Assembly: GCF_001194135.2 (NCBI RefSeq)
Contig: NC_069000.1
Location: forward strand, 27,706,373-27,742,812
Reading direction: 5' to 3'
Origin: Octopus bimaculoides
Taxonomy: Eukaryota
DNA: 36,440 bases
Shown: in pieces, positions 11,331 through 23,639 of the stretch
Numbering within the stretch: position 1 is the first letter of the stretch
Layout of the letters: the number at the start of each line of letters is the position of its first letter
Made by a program: the position numbers and the translations under genes
Notes under the pieces: model-generated
Told to the model about the DNA's origin: nothing
Database searches by the model: none
Seen by the model: the letters and a program-made list of their open reading frames with translations, nothing else

Positions 11331-12120
11331 AGCTACCTCTGAACAGTAAATAAAAATCATCAGTAATACATGATTCTCCTTTTCTTATCAATTAATTATT
11401 GAAGAATATCTGCTTAGACTCCTTTTTATGAAAATTCATATAGCAGCTATGAATTTAAGAAAATTCATATAGCAGCTGTTCATTATCTTACTTAACCCAC
11501 ACTTTGTCAACAGAAAAGAGATATGTTTTAACATGTTCAAAGAGTAGGAACTATCACTGATTGATAACATTATTCTTTGACAGAATAATAAACAATAATT
11601 ATGTATAACACTTATGTAAACAATTATATATGTGTGTATGTATATATACATATATTGTTATGCTTGAGGATGGTTATATTTTGCCAATAAAACATACACA
11701 CCATATATCTGGTCTTTATTTCAGCTTTATTATTATTATTATTTTTGTCAGTTTGTTAAAGCTCTTTCATCAGGCTTGGGATAAAGAGTTGCTGAAGAGG
11801 TCACAGTATGTTCAACAAAAAAGCTTTGACAAAGAAACAAGAATAATAATAATAAAGACCAAGCATATGGTGTGCGTGTTTAGTTGGCAAAATATGACCA
11901 TCTCTAAGTAGAACAATTTCTGTTTCAACACACAAGAAACTGGCAAAACAAATACACATACACACACATAGTTTTTACACTATCTATATATAGTCATAGA
12001 CTGGCAATTCAGTCCATTTCCGATTTGATTCAGTGGTTGTGTACACTCAATTGATGATGATGTCTGTTGTCAACCAGAAACACTGAAGAAAGGGAAAAGA
12101 AAAAGTGAAAGCAAAATTAC

Positions 12121-12221
12121 CTGCCCATTTGTTCAGCAATGCTCATGAATCGATGAGAGAATATTGACAATTGGATGGCATCTAACTGGGTACTAACTGC
12201 TTTACTCTTACAGGAACCAAT
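12121..12221 (-). CDS. OPLAH: 5-oxoprolinase exon: [33 protein letters not shown](R)
   Basis: Translated by hand. Contains the hallmark [22 protein letters not shown] at the start of the hydantoinase-B domain. Acceptor is ctttttctcttttag and donor is gtaatt. Length is 101 nt. Confidence 0.96.
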
Positions 12222-12242
12222 CTAAAAGAGAAAAAGAATATA

Positions 12243-12392
12243 TATGGTTGTATGGTTAACAATTTTATTTGTCAGCCAAGTGGTTTTAGGTTCAATTCTA
12301 CAGTGCAGCACCTTGTGCAGTTGTCTTCTGCTATATCTCAGGCTAATCATTGTGCCGAACAAATTTGATAGGCAGAAACTGTACAAAGCTTG
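12243..12392 (+). mobile_element. tRNA-derived SINE 5' part, abutting the acceptor of the OPLAH exon at 12221
   Basis: The sequence ggttcaattctacagtgcagcaccttg...aaatttgataggcagaaactg matches the family at 8058 and 23250. Confidence 0.7.
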
Positions 12393-12430
12393 TTGTCTGT
12401 GTCTGTCTGTCTGCCTACCTACATACTTAC

Positions 12431-12473
<43 letters not shown>

Positions 12474-12484
12474 CCTATCTATCT
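12431..12484. repeat. (TATC)n microsatellite
   Basis: Seen directly in the sequence. Confidence 0.95.
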
Positions 12485-12779
12485 TATGTAATCTAATCTG
12501 TGCATGTGTGTGTATATGTGTATGCATACATGAATGTATCAATGTGAATGTTTACATTCTATGCATCAATCACCTCATCACACTTAAGGATCATAAACCC
12601 AACTTCCTCTCTAACTCTTAATGCAGGCTGCTCAATCTCTCTAAGAGAGAGACAGGCATTGTCAGCAAGGGTCACAGAGTTCACCCAGTGATCAACTGGT
12701 CAAGAATGAAACAGCCTGCACTTAGGTATCATGAATTTCTACCCTTCAATATAGAAGTTTCTACTTCTGAAGGCCTTAG

Positions 12780-13600
12780 ATTTCACCAGGCTGTTCACTG
12801 ATATGAGTGTCCAATGCCAGGATCATTATGAATATGAGAAAGTCAATCTTGGTTCATGATGATTCCTACTGGGTAAAGAAAGGTAATCTACTGTTTGATG
12901 TAACTATGGGAAGCTATGACAGGGCCAAGATTGCTGACCTCAACAGGTTATTTATCTTGAATACCCTCAACAGTACACATACACCCATAGGTTGGTCCTG
13001 TACAAGAACAACAGCCTGGCAATTTGAAGCCATATGAATGGATATGTCATGGACAAGAACAGGAAAGACCTGATAAAGAGCTTCAACGAATTCAGCTTAT
13101 CCATAACAGCTATCACCAACTTGACAACAGTAAACTTCTTGAAAATGGACATGTACAATCGATAATAGGAAGCCCATCAAGGAAACTGCATATCCACAGA
13201 AACTCTATCTACCCTCTGCTGTAATTAGAAGCCTAGTTTTAAGCACTAGCAGAAAAATCTGTAAGCTTTCAACCAACAGAGAGATCTTCAATAGGGCTTC
13301 CCCCTGTTATAACAAGTTAACATATATGGAAGACGCCCACTATCATACCTGAAGAGAAACAGAAAGAGAAGAATAATCTGATTCAAGATTCAACCCTCCA
13401 TTTAACATAGAAGTTTCAACCAACATAGCTAGGAGCTTCCTGCCATTGATCAAGGCCATAAGCACTATAAGCTTTTCAACCCACACAATGTCAAGGTTAG
13501 CTACTCCTGCTTAGACATCATCACTTCTAATATTGCATACTACAACAGATGCAAGCACACACCTACACAGCCCCCAACCCCCAACTTGTAACTTCTAAAA
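12780..13600 (+). mobile_element. Penelope-like element reverse-transcriptase fragment, pseudogenised
   Basis: Reads WVKKGNLLFDVTMGSYDRAKIADL (PLE RT motif), a decayed LYRDD motif (LYKNN), LHIHRNS, FNPPFNIEVSTNIARSFL and KLFN..NVKVSYSC. Confidence 0.85.
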
Positions 13601-14139
13601 TTTTACCAACTGCTCTCTGGGAGGATTTCAGTTCTCAATGAGGAGTCAACAGAGCCACTCTCTCACCATCCAATGATGGATGGTGTGAGAGTGGCTCTGA
13701 TACTTAAACTTCTCCACTTGTCTCAGTGATGTTCACCCTGGATTGCCATTACTTTGGTGTCTTTCCAGAGTTTCAAGCCACCTGGCATACAATTTGTCAC
13801 TTGTAAGTATCACAGGTGGTGAGATGGGAGGTGGAGTGGGTATAAATGATATGGAAATGGTTGGAGGAGGAAAAGTGAGTATATGTAGAGTGATGTGGAT
13901 GGATGGAGACAGTCTGTAGTACATAGATATAGTTGATGATGAGGAAGCAGAGTGATAAAGATGATGGTGGTGGGCAGCCATTTTTTGGTTTAAGGTGGTG
14001 GGGAGATAAGAGACAGCAGAGTTTGAGTGATAGAGAGATGAAATCATTGAAGCATATGGGGAGATGGGTGGAGAGAATATGATCAACAGGTAGATAAGAG
14101 AAAGGTGAGGGATTCAAAATGTGTTGGGACACACTCATA

Positions 14140-15660
14140 CACACACATCACTACTATCATTTCAACACGTTTCACAGTGGGTGGTTGTGTCTTCAGTAGC
14201 ACTGCATATTGTCATCATCAGCATGAGATGTAGTATCTTCATTCAGCCTTCACTATTTTGTCCCAGGACTTTTTCAGTTCCCTCTTTCATAGGTTCCACA
14301 AATTTCATGTGTACAACATTTCCTTGTGAGCAGTCATCCTCTATATGCATTCCACACTCATACCAATGCAGCCTTCTCGCTTGTACCTTACATCTAATTC
14401 TCTTTATGGCTAGTTTTTTTTCTCATGTCATTTATACTTTAGTGTTCATGCATTAGAATATCTTTGTTTCATTTCCTTCAATCTTTTGCAAATCTCTTGT
14501 ATTTAAAGCTACATTTCGCTACCATGCAGCATTGCAGTTCAAATATAAGCATCATGCAATCTGCCTTTCACTTTGAAAAGACCTCTCTTGCCAGCAGAGG
14601 TGATAACTCTCTGAACTTTTTCTAAGATATCCTAGGCCTTTTCAGCAACTCCTTTTCCTGCTAATTATGTCACTTAGGTAACAGTAGCTATCAACTATTA
14701 GTGAGTGAACCAGACATTTAAAAGAATCTATTTCCAGTAGGCTCTTAGTGCGTATCACCCCAGTGCATCTCAAACATACAAAACTTACTTTCTCTGTTGT
14801 GATGCAGTGATCTCTGCTTGTGAGTTCACTGCACCATGTGTACCTATTGCTTGCACTAGAGAAGGCTTATGGAGTTCCTGTCTACTCTGTTTCTGCATAT
14901 CAAGCATAATGCTGAGATCTTATCTTCTTTCCTATTTACAAGTGCTTTAGACTTTTCTAAATTTACTTAAAGGTTTCTGGACTCTAGGTTTTGCTTTCAT
15001 GTCTGGAATGCCTTCTCTAATTCTACAATAGATTCAGCTATAACATCTAGGCCATGGACAACCTGTTCTGAACTCCTCTGTGATTACCTGTAAGGCTATC
15101 ATGAATAGGAGACGGCTTAGGATTGAATCTTGATGGACCCCTAAATTTGTTGCTAAACTCATCACTGACTCTCACTTTACTGACTGCACCTTAGTACATA
15201 AATTGTACAGCCCTCACAAGTCAATAATCTACACCTAGTTTCCTTAGTGAGCCCCAGGTTTACTGAGAATAGCAGTCTGGCAAAGGCCTTCTTTGAGTCA
15301 ATGAATGCTATCTATAGTGGTGTACTCTTAGTTAAATATTTCTCCTGCAGTTGCCTCACTAGGAAGATGGCATCTCTGGTGTCTCTTCTAGGTATAAAGT
15401 CAGACACTATTTCATCAAGGCTAATTCTGTCCCTGATTACCTATACTATGGCTCTGTCTGTGACCTACATAACCTGGTTCAACAATTTGATGCCTCAGTA
15501 ATTTCTTCTCTCTAATGCAGCCAGCTCCTTTACCTTTATAACAGGCATCAATGAAACTGCTATGCTTGTCATTGAATAATACACCTTCATATGTTACCTG
15601 ACTAACTATTTGGATGAGTAGTATGTCCTATTTTGCCACATATTTTGAGTATCTCAGCAA
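14140..15660 (-). mobile_element. Old, heavily decayed RTE-clade LINE (RT and 3' part)
   Basis: Blocks resemble the 16886-20750 element (for example accagcagaggt.a..ctctctgaacttt and catcaaggctaattctgtccctgatta). No intact frame remains. Confidence 0.75.
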
Positions 15661-16289
15661 CTATGGACCAACAACTTTCTCTACTTTCTATTAATGATAC
15701 CACTGTTAAATCAAAATGCCAGTCTCTGTGAGGTTAGTATAAAGTAAAAATGACAAGACAGCAACAGATACATAAAGCACTGAGGGCGTTGTAAATAGGT
15801 TGTACAAAACCTGCTGGTTAAAATATACATATTTAGTCATCCATGTGAAGTCTCTACTCCCTACTCACACTTCATTGGCAATACCCAGTCATTTATATTA
15901 TGATCTCTGTACTTTTAGGATATGCCCTGGCCCTATTTATCTCTCTCTTCCTTTACTTTACTATCCCATTTATATTCTGATCCCCGCTCTTTGTAAGTAT
16001 GCCCTGGCACTTCATCATCATCTCTCCTGCTCTCTCTTGCAACCTTGCTGTCTCCCATTCTCTCTCACTTTCTCTTGCTCTTCTCTCTGGTTGAGTAACT
16101 ATGTATCTCCTCTCTCTTTCTCTCTCTGGCTGGGTAATGATATACCTAGAGTGCGACAGAGAGACAGAAACAGATGTATTGCTGTAGCAAGACATCTGTT
16201 TCTGTCTCTCTGTCACACTCTAACCTTTCATCATCTGCCACAAGATCACCTCCTCTGATGCCCCCTCTCTTCTCAAAGATTCCTTGTCT

Positions 16290-16587
16290 TACAAGTTACT
16301 TGGTGACCCTGCCAGTGCTGGTGCCACATAAAAGCATCCAGTCCATACTGTAAAGTGGTTGGCATTTGGAAAGGCATCAAGCTGTAAAAACTATGCTAAA
16401 ACTGACTTCACCTGTGCTGGTGCCACATAAAAAGCACTCAGTCCACTTTGTGGGGTGGTTGGAGTTAGGAAGGCATCCAGCTGTAGAAACCATGCCAAAA
16501 CAGACACAGAAGTCTGGTGTAGTCTTCTGCCTGGCCAGCTCGTCACACTGTCCAACCCATACTAGCATTGAAAGTGGATGTTAAATC
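16290..16587 (+). mobile_element. RTE-LINE 3' UTR fragments (partly duplicated)
   Basis: Contains gtgccacataaaa(a)gca twice, plus gtggttgg..ttaggaaggcatccagctgtagaaac and ccaacccat..agcat.gaaagtggatgttaaa. Confidence 0.75.
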
Positions 16588-16885
16588 CATCTATTGTGCA
16601 GTTTTTTGTTACCAAAATCCTTGTTTAGCTTTTTAGAAAGAAATACAGAACCTCTACTATATTACTGTTTACATACCAACACTGTTCTGTTCCCACTTAG
16701 CTGGAAAAGTTACAGTGAAGGCAAGACATTCAAATTTGTTAGCAACCTACCTAGGTAGGAAAAGGATAACATTAACACATTTCTTTTTAAATCATAACTA
16801 ATATCACAGCTGTCTTAGACTGATGAACCACCTGGCTCCTAGCTTCCAGTTTGAATTACGAGACCACTGGGTGCAAACCAGCCTT

Positions 16886-19800
16886 CATCATCATCATTGT
16901 TGTTTAACGTCCGCTTTCCATGCTGGCATGGGTTAGATGCTTTGACTGAGAGCTGGCGAGCCAGAAGGCTGCACCGGGCTCCAATCTGATCTGGCAATGT
17001 TTCTACAGCTGGATGCTCTTCCTAATACCGACCACTCCGAGAGTGTAATGGGTGCTTTTACGTGACACCGGCATGAGGGCCAGTCAGGTGGTACTGGCAT
17101 CAACCACGCTCAAATGGTACTTTTTGCGTGCCACCTGCACAGGAGCCAGTCTGGTGACACTAGCAATGACCACGTTTGGATGGTGTTTTTTTACATACCA
17201 CTGGCACGGGAGCCAGTTAGCAACCCTGGCAATGATCATGTTCGAATGCTGCTTATAACGTTCCCCTGGCACGGGTGCCAATCAGGGGGTACTGTCATCG
17301 GCCATGACAACGATTTCACTTACCTCAACAGGTCTTTGCAAGCGTAGTTTGTTGTCCAATGATTGAAGGGTACTCTTAAATGGGCTGGTTATACAGCACT
17401 GCCATAGGCCATGGTTATGGTCTCACTTGGCTTGCTGGGTCTTCTCAAGCACAGTATATCTCTAAAGGTTTTGGTTACTTGTCATCATTGCCTCGGTGAG
17501 GACCAATGTTTGAAGGTCGTGCTTCACCGTGTCTTCATCCATTTGCAACACACGACCATACCAGTCGTCTCTCTTGCACACCACATCTGATGCTTCTTAA
17601 GTCCAACTTTTCCCTCAGGGTGCTTACACTCTGTCATGTACGCACACTGACATTACACATCTAGAGGAGCATACTGGCTTCATTCCTTGCAAGCTTATGC
17701 ATATCCTCAGCAGTCATGGCTCATGTTTCATTGCCATGTAGCATGGCTGTTCGCACACATGCATGATACAGTCTACCTTTTACTCTGAGAGAGAGGCCCT
17801 TTGTCACCAGCAGAGGTAAGAGCTCTCTGAACTTTACCCAGGCTATTCTTATTCTAGCAGCTACACTTTCAGAGCATCCACCCCTGTTACTGACTTGGTC
17901 ACCTAGGTAATGGAAGCTATCAACTACATCTAGTTTCTCCCTCTGGAATGTGACAGAAGCTGTTCTCTGCACATTTTCAGTGTTTATTGCTCCTGAGCAT
18001 TTGCCACACACAAAATCTATCTTCCCAGCTAGCCTTCTTTGTTATTGCTGTACCTCTTATGTGTCCATAGCTTACACTGGGTACATTTCATGGAGTTTCT
18101 ACCTACACCTTTTCTACAGATCGAGCAGGACCATCTACCTGAAGGGATTTGTGGTTTGTCTGCCTTCCTACTTATTAAGACTTTGGTTTTAGCTAGATTG
18201 ACTCTAAAGCCCTTTGATTCTAATCCTTGTTTCCACAGCTGAAAGTTCTCCTCTAGTTATGATAGTGACTCAGCTAAAAGAGCAAGGTCATCAGCATAGA
18301 GAAGTTCCCAGGGGCATCCTGTCTTGAATTCCTGTGTTATTGCCTGGAGGACTATGATGAATAAGAGGGGGCTGAGGACTGAGCCTTGGTGGACTCCTAC
18401 CTCTACCCGGAATTCTTCACTGTACTCGTTGCTAACCCTCACCTTAATGACAGCATCCCTGTACATGGCTTGTACAGCTCTCACTAACCATTCATCTATC
18501 CCTAGTCTCCTCATTGACCACCAGATAAGGGATCGGGGACCCTGTCAAAGACTTTCTCCATGTCAACGAAAGCCAGGTACAGAGGTTTATCTTTGGCTAG
18601 TTATTTCTCCAGCAGCTGTCTTACCAGAAATATAGCATCAGTGGTGCTTTTCTTTGGCACAAACCCAAACTGCATCTCATCTAAACTGACTCACTCCCTA
18701 ATTAGTTGGGCTATGACCCTCTCTGTGACTTTCATTACTTGATCTAACAGCTTGATACCTCTGTAATAATTTATATCTAAAGCATCACTTTTACCTTTAT
18801 AGCAGTTGCCTATGGTGTTGCTACACCAGTCATTGGGTATGACTCCTTCATGTATCACCTGGTTGACTATACGGGTGACTAGACTATAGCCGACACCGCC
18901 AGATATTTTAAGCATCTCTGCGGTGATTCCTGATGGGCCAAGGGCTTTCCCTGTCTTCATACCCTTAATTGCTTTATCTACCAAAGTACTGTCAATTCAG
19001 ATNNNNNNNNNNTCTGCGGTGATTCCTGATGGGCCAAGGGCTTTCCCTGTCTTCATACCCTTAATTGCTTTATCTACCAAAGTACTGTCAATTCAGATAG
19101 CTGGTTCCTCTGTTGGGTCAACATTCGACAGACTCTTTCTCCCATTCATTCTCTTCATTTAGCAACCTTTCATAGTGGCATCTCCAAGTTTCTCTCCTTG
19201 CAGCCTCGTTAAATGCAGGTGAGCTGTCATCCATGCGGACACATTTCTCTCCTATGACATCATGATTCTCTCTCACACACTGTCTTGCAACACGAAACAC
19301 TTCAAGTCTTTGGTCCTCATGACACAGAACATTGGCAAATTTTTTCTTATCTGCTTACCCTCTGGCTAAATAAACCTGTCTCCTAGCTTCCCTTCTGGCA
19401 GTCTGATACAATACCCTGCTACCACCACTCTTCCAGTCCTTCCAAGCCTGTTTCTTTTACCTAATAGCCCTATCAACTACATTGTTCCACCACCATGTTA
19501 CCTTGGGTTGAGAGGAAACTTTGCAACATCCACAAATCTTGTCAGTGGCCCTCAACAGGTTGTCCCATAGAAACCTCCAGTTGTCTTCCACATCATGTGA
19601 TGCTGTATCCCCATCTATTTCATCAAAAGCTGTACATTCGCTTGATCCTTAAACTTCCAGACCCTTCCTCTCCATGCTGGTCATCTTCTGGGCATCCGTT
19701 TAGCCCTGGTCCTGAAGTCGCTAACTACTAATCTATGTTGTGGGGTGCATTCTTCACCTGAGAAGGTTTTAGCATTTATAAGTAGCCATCTTTCCCATTT

Positions 19801-20750
19801 CCTGGCAAAGATGTAGTTAATTTGACTAGTGTGTCTACCAGAATGGTAGGTGAATAGGCAACTGGCAGGTTTCCTGAAGTTAGTATTACAAACCATAAGA
19901 TCATTTGCATCACAGTACTCCAGCAGCCTGGTTCCCTCCTCATTGCGGGAACCAAAACCATAACTTCCATGTACACCATGGGAGACCCCTGCATGTTGTC
20001 CAACATGCCCATTGAAGTCACCAGCCACAAAGAGAAGGTCCCTGTTATTTGTTAACGAGGTAGTCTACAAGAGGGTGTTATAAAATCAATCTTTCTGTCC
20101 ATGAGGTAGCCCCAGCTGAGAGGCATAAGCCGAGACATTGGTTGCTAGCCCATGATACAGCACTAATCTAATCTTAAGCATTCTATCGCAGACTCTGACT
20201 ACCTCGATTACCTTATCAACCCATTTCTCCACAAGAAGTATACCCATGCTCCCGACCCCGGAATGTTCCCTGCCCAGAAAATCTTACACCTATGTTCTTT
20301 GCCTGTGAGGAACCTAACAGAACCTCCTTTCTACCTTACTTGTTGGATGCAGCACAAATCTATATGTCTTCGTTCAAGCATCTCAACAATCTCACCAGAC
20401 CTACCTTTCAGTGTGCCCACATTGAGTGTGCCCACATTGAGTGTGCCAACCCTGAGGGTGTGGGAGGTGTGGGCCCATGAAAACCCTGGGATGGGGGACA
20501 GCAGCGTCATGTACCTGAAAAGAAAGCTTGCATTTGGCAGAACTCAGGTACATACAATAGTCTTCAACCAGCATACACCACACCATCATTTTTATGCACT
20601 ACATGATGACTACCTTACATAGGAGATAAACCCTAAGTAGGGATGGGGGGCATTAGGCCTTCAGAAGTATTCATGGGAGACATCCAATAGATGTCAGAGG
20701 ATGGAGACTTCTGGTACAGGTGATGGGGGTCAGAGGGCGGGCACACCACA
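16886..20750 (-). mobile_element. Near-full-length RTE-clade LINE (~3.9 kb): APE endonuclease, RT with embedded zinc finger, repeat-bearing 3' UTR and (GAT)n tail; inactivated
   Basis: Endonuclease motifs are RVGTLNVGT..., AGDFNGHVG, FTYHSG..TSQINYI and QHRLVV. RT motifs are KALGPSGI, YYRGIKLL, GVHQGSVLSPLLF and ELLYADDL, followed by FHYLGD and LYHACVRTAMLHGNET. It carries stops and frameshifts, and ends in a (cat)n tail at 16886. Confidence 0.93.
19003..19012. other. 10-N assembly gap flanked by an exact 86-bp duplication (18917-19002 = 19013-19098)
   Basis: The sequence is identical on both sides of the Ns, which is typical of an unmerged contig overlap. Confidence 0.9.
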
Positions 20751-20883
20751 AAACAGCAGAGACTAAGGCTGAAAGTGCCAGAGAATATCATGATAATAGT
20801 GAGATAGAATTGGGCATTTGAAAATCCTAACTAGAGCTATTACCAAGTGGTTATTGAGAGAGAGAGAGAGAGGGGGGGAGAGA

Positions 20884-20916
<33 letters not shown>

Positions 20917-21121
20917 CAGAGTTAAGCTGTTCAAAGATAGAACATGAGGGAGAAAATATTTTTGGGATTTAGGGTAACATAATTTAATGAAACAGCAGAG
21001 ACTAAGGCTGCTGGTGCCGGAGAATATCATGATAATAGTGAGACAGAATTGGGCATTTGAAAATCTTAACTAGAGCTATTACCAAGTGGTTATTGAGAGA
21101 GAGAGAGGGGGGGGAGAGAGG

Positions 21122-21155
<34 letters not shown>

Positions 21156-21334
21156 GAGAGAGAGCAGAGTTAAGCTGTTCAAAGATAGAACACGAGGGAG
21201 AAAATACTTTTGAGATTTAGGGTAACATAATTTAATGAAACAGCAGAGACTAAGGCTGCTGGTGCCGGAGAATATCATGATAATAGTGAGACAGAATTGG
21301 GCATTTGAAAATCTTAACTAGAGCTATAACCAAG
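20751..21334 (+). repeat. ~2.4 tandem copies of a ~240-250 bp unit containing a (GA)n/poly-G tract
   Basis: Units start aaacagcagagactaaggctg at 20751, 20990 and 21238, with only a few substitutions between copies. Confidence 0.92.
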
Positions 21335-21785
21335 AGTTTCCAGTCAGCCAATCTGTGACAGAATTAGAGAGATGAATGAATACATGACGATAATAAATGA
21401 GTGTGAAAGAGAGGGAGAAAGAGAGGGAATTGGATTGAGCAAAGGGATCTTATGTTTGTGTTTTTTTAATATACAGCATGGAAGACGAAACTATGTTTAC
21501 ATAGGTAAAGAAACAGATAGAATAATGAAATAAACTAATAAGGTAATTATGATGATCTGTGCTGAAAGAGATAGATTAGATGTATTAGGTTGAAAGAACA
21601 AGATTGCTTATTTGAGCATCTTCTGGTTTTCTACTCTTTTGGCGAGGTGATTAAAATGAGGTCGGGGAATCTGAGTGTGCTAGTTTATATAGGATGGGGT
21701 GGGGAAGAAGGAGGTAAGTTTTGGGGAAGCAAGTGGTTATCGAAACAGAGAGAGAGAGAGAGTGTAAAAAATATGACAATGATAG

Positions 21786-21786
<1 letters not shown>

Positions 21787-21827
<41 letters not shown>
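21787..21827. repeat. (GAT)n microsatellite
   Basis: Seen directly in the sequence. It produces the poly-M and poly-H pseudo-ORFs. Confidence 0.95.
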
Positions 21828-21828
<1 letters not shown>

Positions 21829-22368
21829 TGGATACTTTCAAATTAAACAAAACTTGTAAGTGTAGAGTGGCGCCAAATTCATAACAGCTGGCAATATGAC
21901 GTAATGTCATATTGCTGAGGAAATATGATTGTTGTTTTCCCATTGGTTGAAATAACTGCTTATATTTGAATTCTGAGAATTAGTAAAAGAATATTTTTAT
22001 GAAATTTCTATTCTTGAAAGTCAAGTTGAGCAGTTATAAAACCCCTGGATTTTGGGGAAAACTTTAGTGTCTGTGGTTTTCTAAATTAATCCATGTCATT
22101 CAAATCCAGAGTAATGGTTGTTACCATGAGAAATACTCTTTAAAAGTTTGACACCTATTTTGGTTGTCGTATTTCATAAGTCAAGCCTAAGAATTAGCTA
22201 GAAAAATAATACATGTAATAATGTATATAAATAAAATATATAAAATGATATTTCATCTTTCTTCAATTTTTCCCAACCTGTTTAACATTTTTAATTCTGT
22301 TTAATAATCTGTAACGTTTTTTTTTTTTTTATAGCGGTATATAAGCAAAAGAAATTAGAATTATTTAC

Positions 22369-22432
22369 CAGGATTTTTACATCTCCATGTGGTGTGATTC
22401 TAGCAGAACAGTCTGGTTCAATGATAATGGTG
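22369..22432 (-). CDS. OPLAH: 5-oxoprolinase exon: (S)TIIIEPDCSARITPHGDVKIL
   Basis: Translated by hand. Matches OPLAH STILVEPGC.A.VT..GDI.I. Acceptor is ctttccag and donor is gtaaat. Length is 64 nt, completing the split AG|C Ser codon. Confidence 0.92.
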
Positions 22433-22680
22433 CTGGAAAGACACATTTAGAAAGTAACAGTCATTGTAATATTAGTAATGATTTAAAAAGAAATGTGTAA
22501 AAGCTTATATGACTTCTGTGAATGCCAGTGCTTAGCTTTACTATTTAGCTGGTCTGTCTGAGATAACATACCCAGATGATCTGGCACCTAATTCTACCAA
22601 CTAGTTTAACTGAGATAATGTAGAATAATTTATATGATACTAACAAATCAGAAAAAAAAGCTTGAAAATTTGAGTATAAA

Positions 22681-22960
22681 CATCATCGTTTAACGTCCTC
22701 CTTCCATGCTGGCATGGGTTGGAAGGTTTGACAGGAGCTGGCCAGGCAGGAGCCTGCATCATGCTTCTGTGTGTTTTGGGATGGCTTTTACAGTTGGATA
22801 CCCTTCCAAATACCAACCACTCTGCAGGGTGAGCTGAGTGCTTTTTACATGGCACAAGCACATGCAAAGTCAGTTTTGGCATGGTTTTACAGCTGGATGC
22901 CATTCTAAATGCCAACCACTTTACACTGTGAACTGGGTGCTTTTTAAGTGGCACCTGCAC
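22681..22960 (-). mobile_element. RTE-LINE 3' UTR fragment
   Basis: The sequence catcatcgtttaacgtcc...ttccatgctggcatgggttgga is the reverse complement of the family 3' end. Confidence 0.8.
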
Positions 22961-23212
22961 TGGAAGGGTAACCAAGTAACTTTGCAAGACAAGGAATCTT
23001 TGAGAGGGGAAGGGGCATTGGAGGAGGTAATCTTGTGTCAGAATGATGAAAGGTTAGAATGTGATAGAAAGACAGAAACAGATATCTTGCTGTAGAGGAG
23101 GTACATGGTTACCCAGCCAGAGAAAGAGAGAGAGAGAATTCAGAAAATTGGTTAAATTCATTTCTGTGTGATGGAAGAAGGGGAATATACATGAGTATTC
23201 ATATTTAATTTA

Positions 23213-23243
<31 letters not shown>

Positions 23244-23249
23244 TAGATG

Positions 23250-23632
23250 CAAGCATAACAGTGTGGTAAGAAGTTTGCTTCCCAGCTACATGGTCATGGG
23301 TTCAATTCCACTGTGTGGCACCTTGGTCAAGTGTTTTTTTTTACTATAGCCCTGGGCTAACCAAAGCCATGTGAGTGGATTTGGTAGATGGAAATATATA
23401 TGTGAAAAAATATATATTTGTGTGTATGTGTGTGTCTTTGTGTTTGTTACCACCACCACATCTTCACAAAAAGTGTTAGTATGTTTATGTAACTTAGCAT
23501 TTTGGTATAAGGGACTAATAGATCAGGTACCAAGCTTTAAAAAATAAGTACTGGGGTTGATTCATTCACCTAGAACCTTTCAGTGTAGTGCCCCAGCATG
23601 GACACAGTCCAATGATTGAAACAAGTAAAAGA
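23250..23632 (+). mobile_element. tRNA-derived cephalopod SINE, near full length
   Basis: Has the head gtgtggtaagaagtttgcttccc..gggttcaattcc, the body gtgagtggatttggtagatggaa and the 3' module gtgccccagcatggacacagtccaatgattgaaacaagtaaaaga. Confidence 0.8.
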
Positions 23633-23639
23633 GATAATC

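Noticed and set aside
18917-19098. 86-bp direct duplication inside the RTE ORF
   Set aside because: The two copies are identical and flank a 10-N gap, so this is an assembly overlap artefact.
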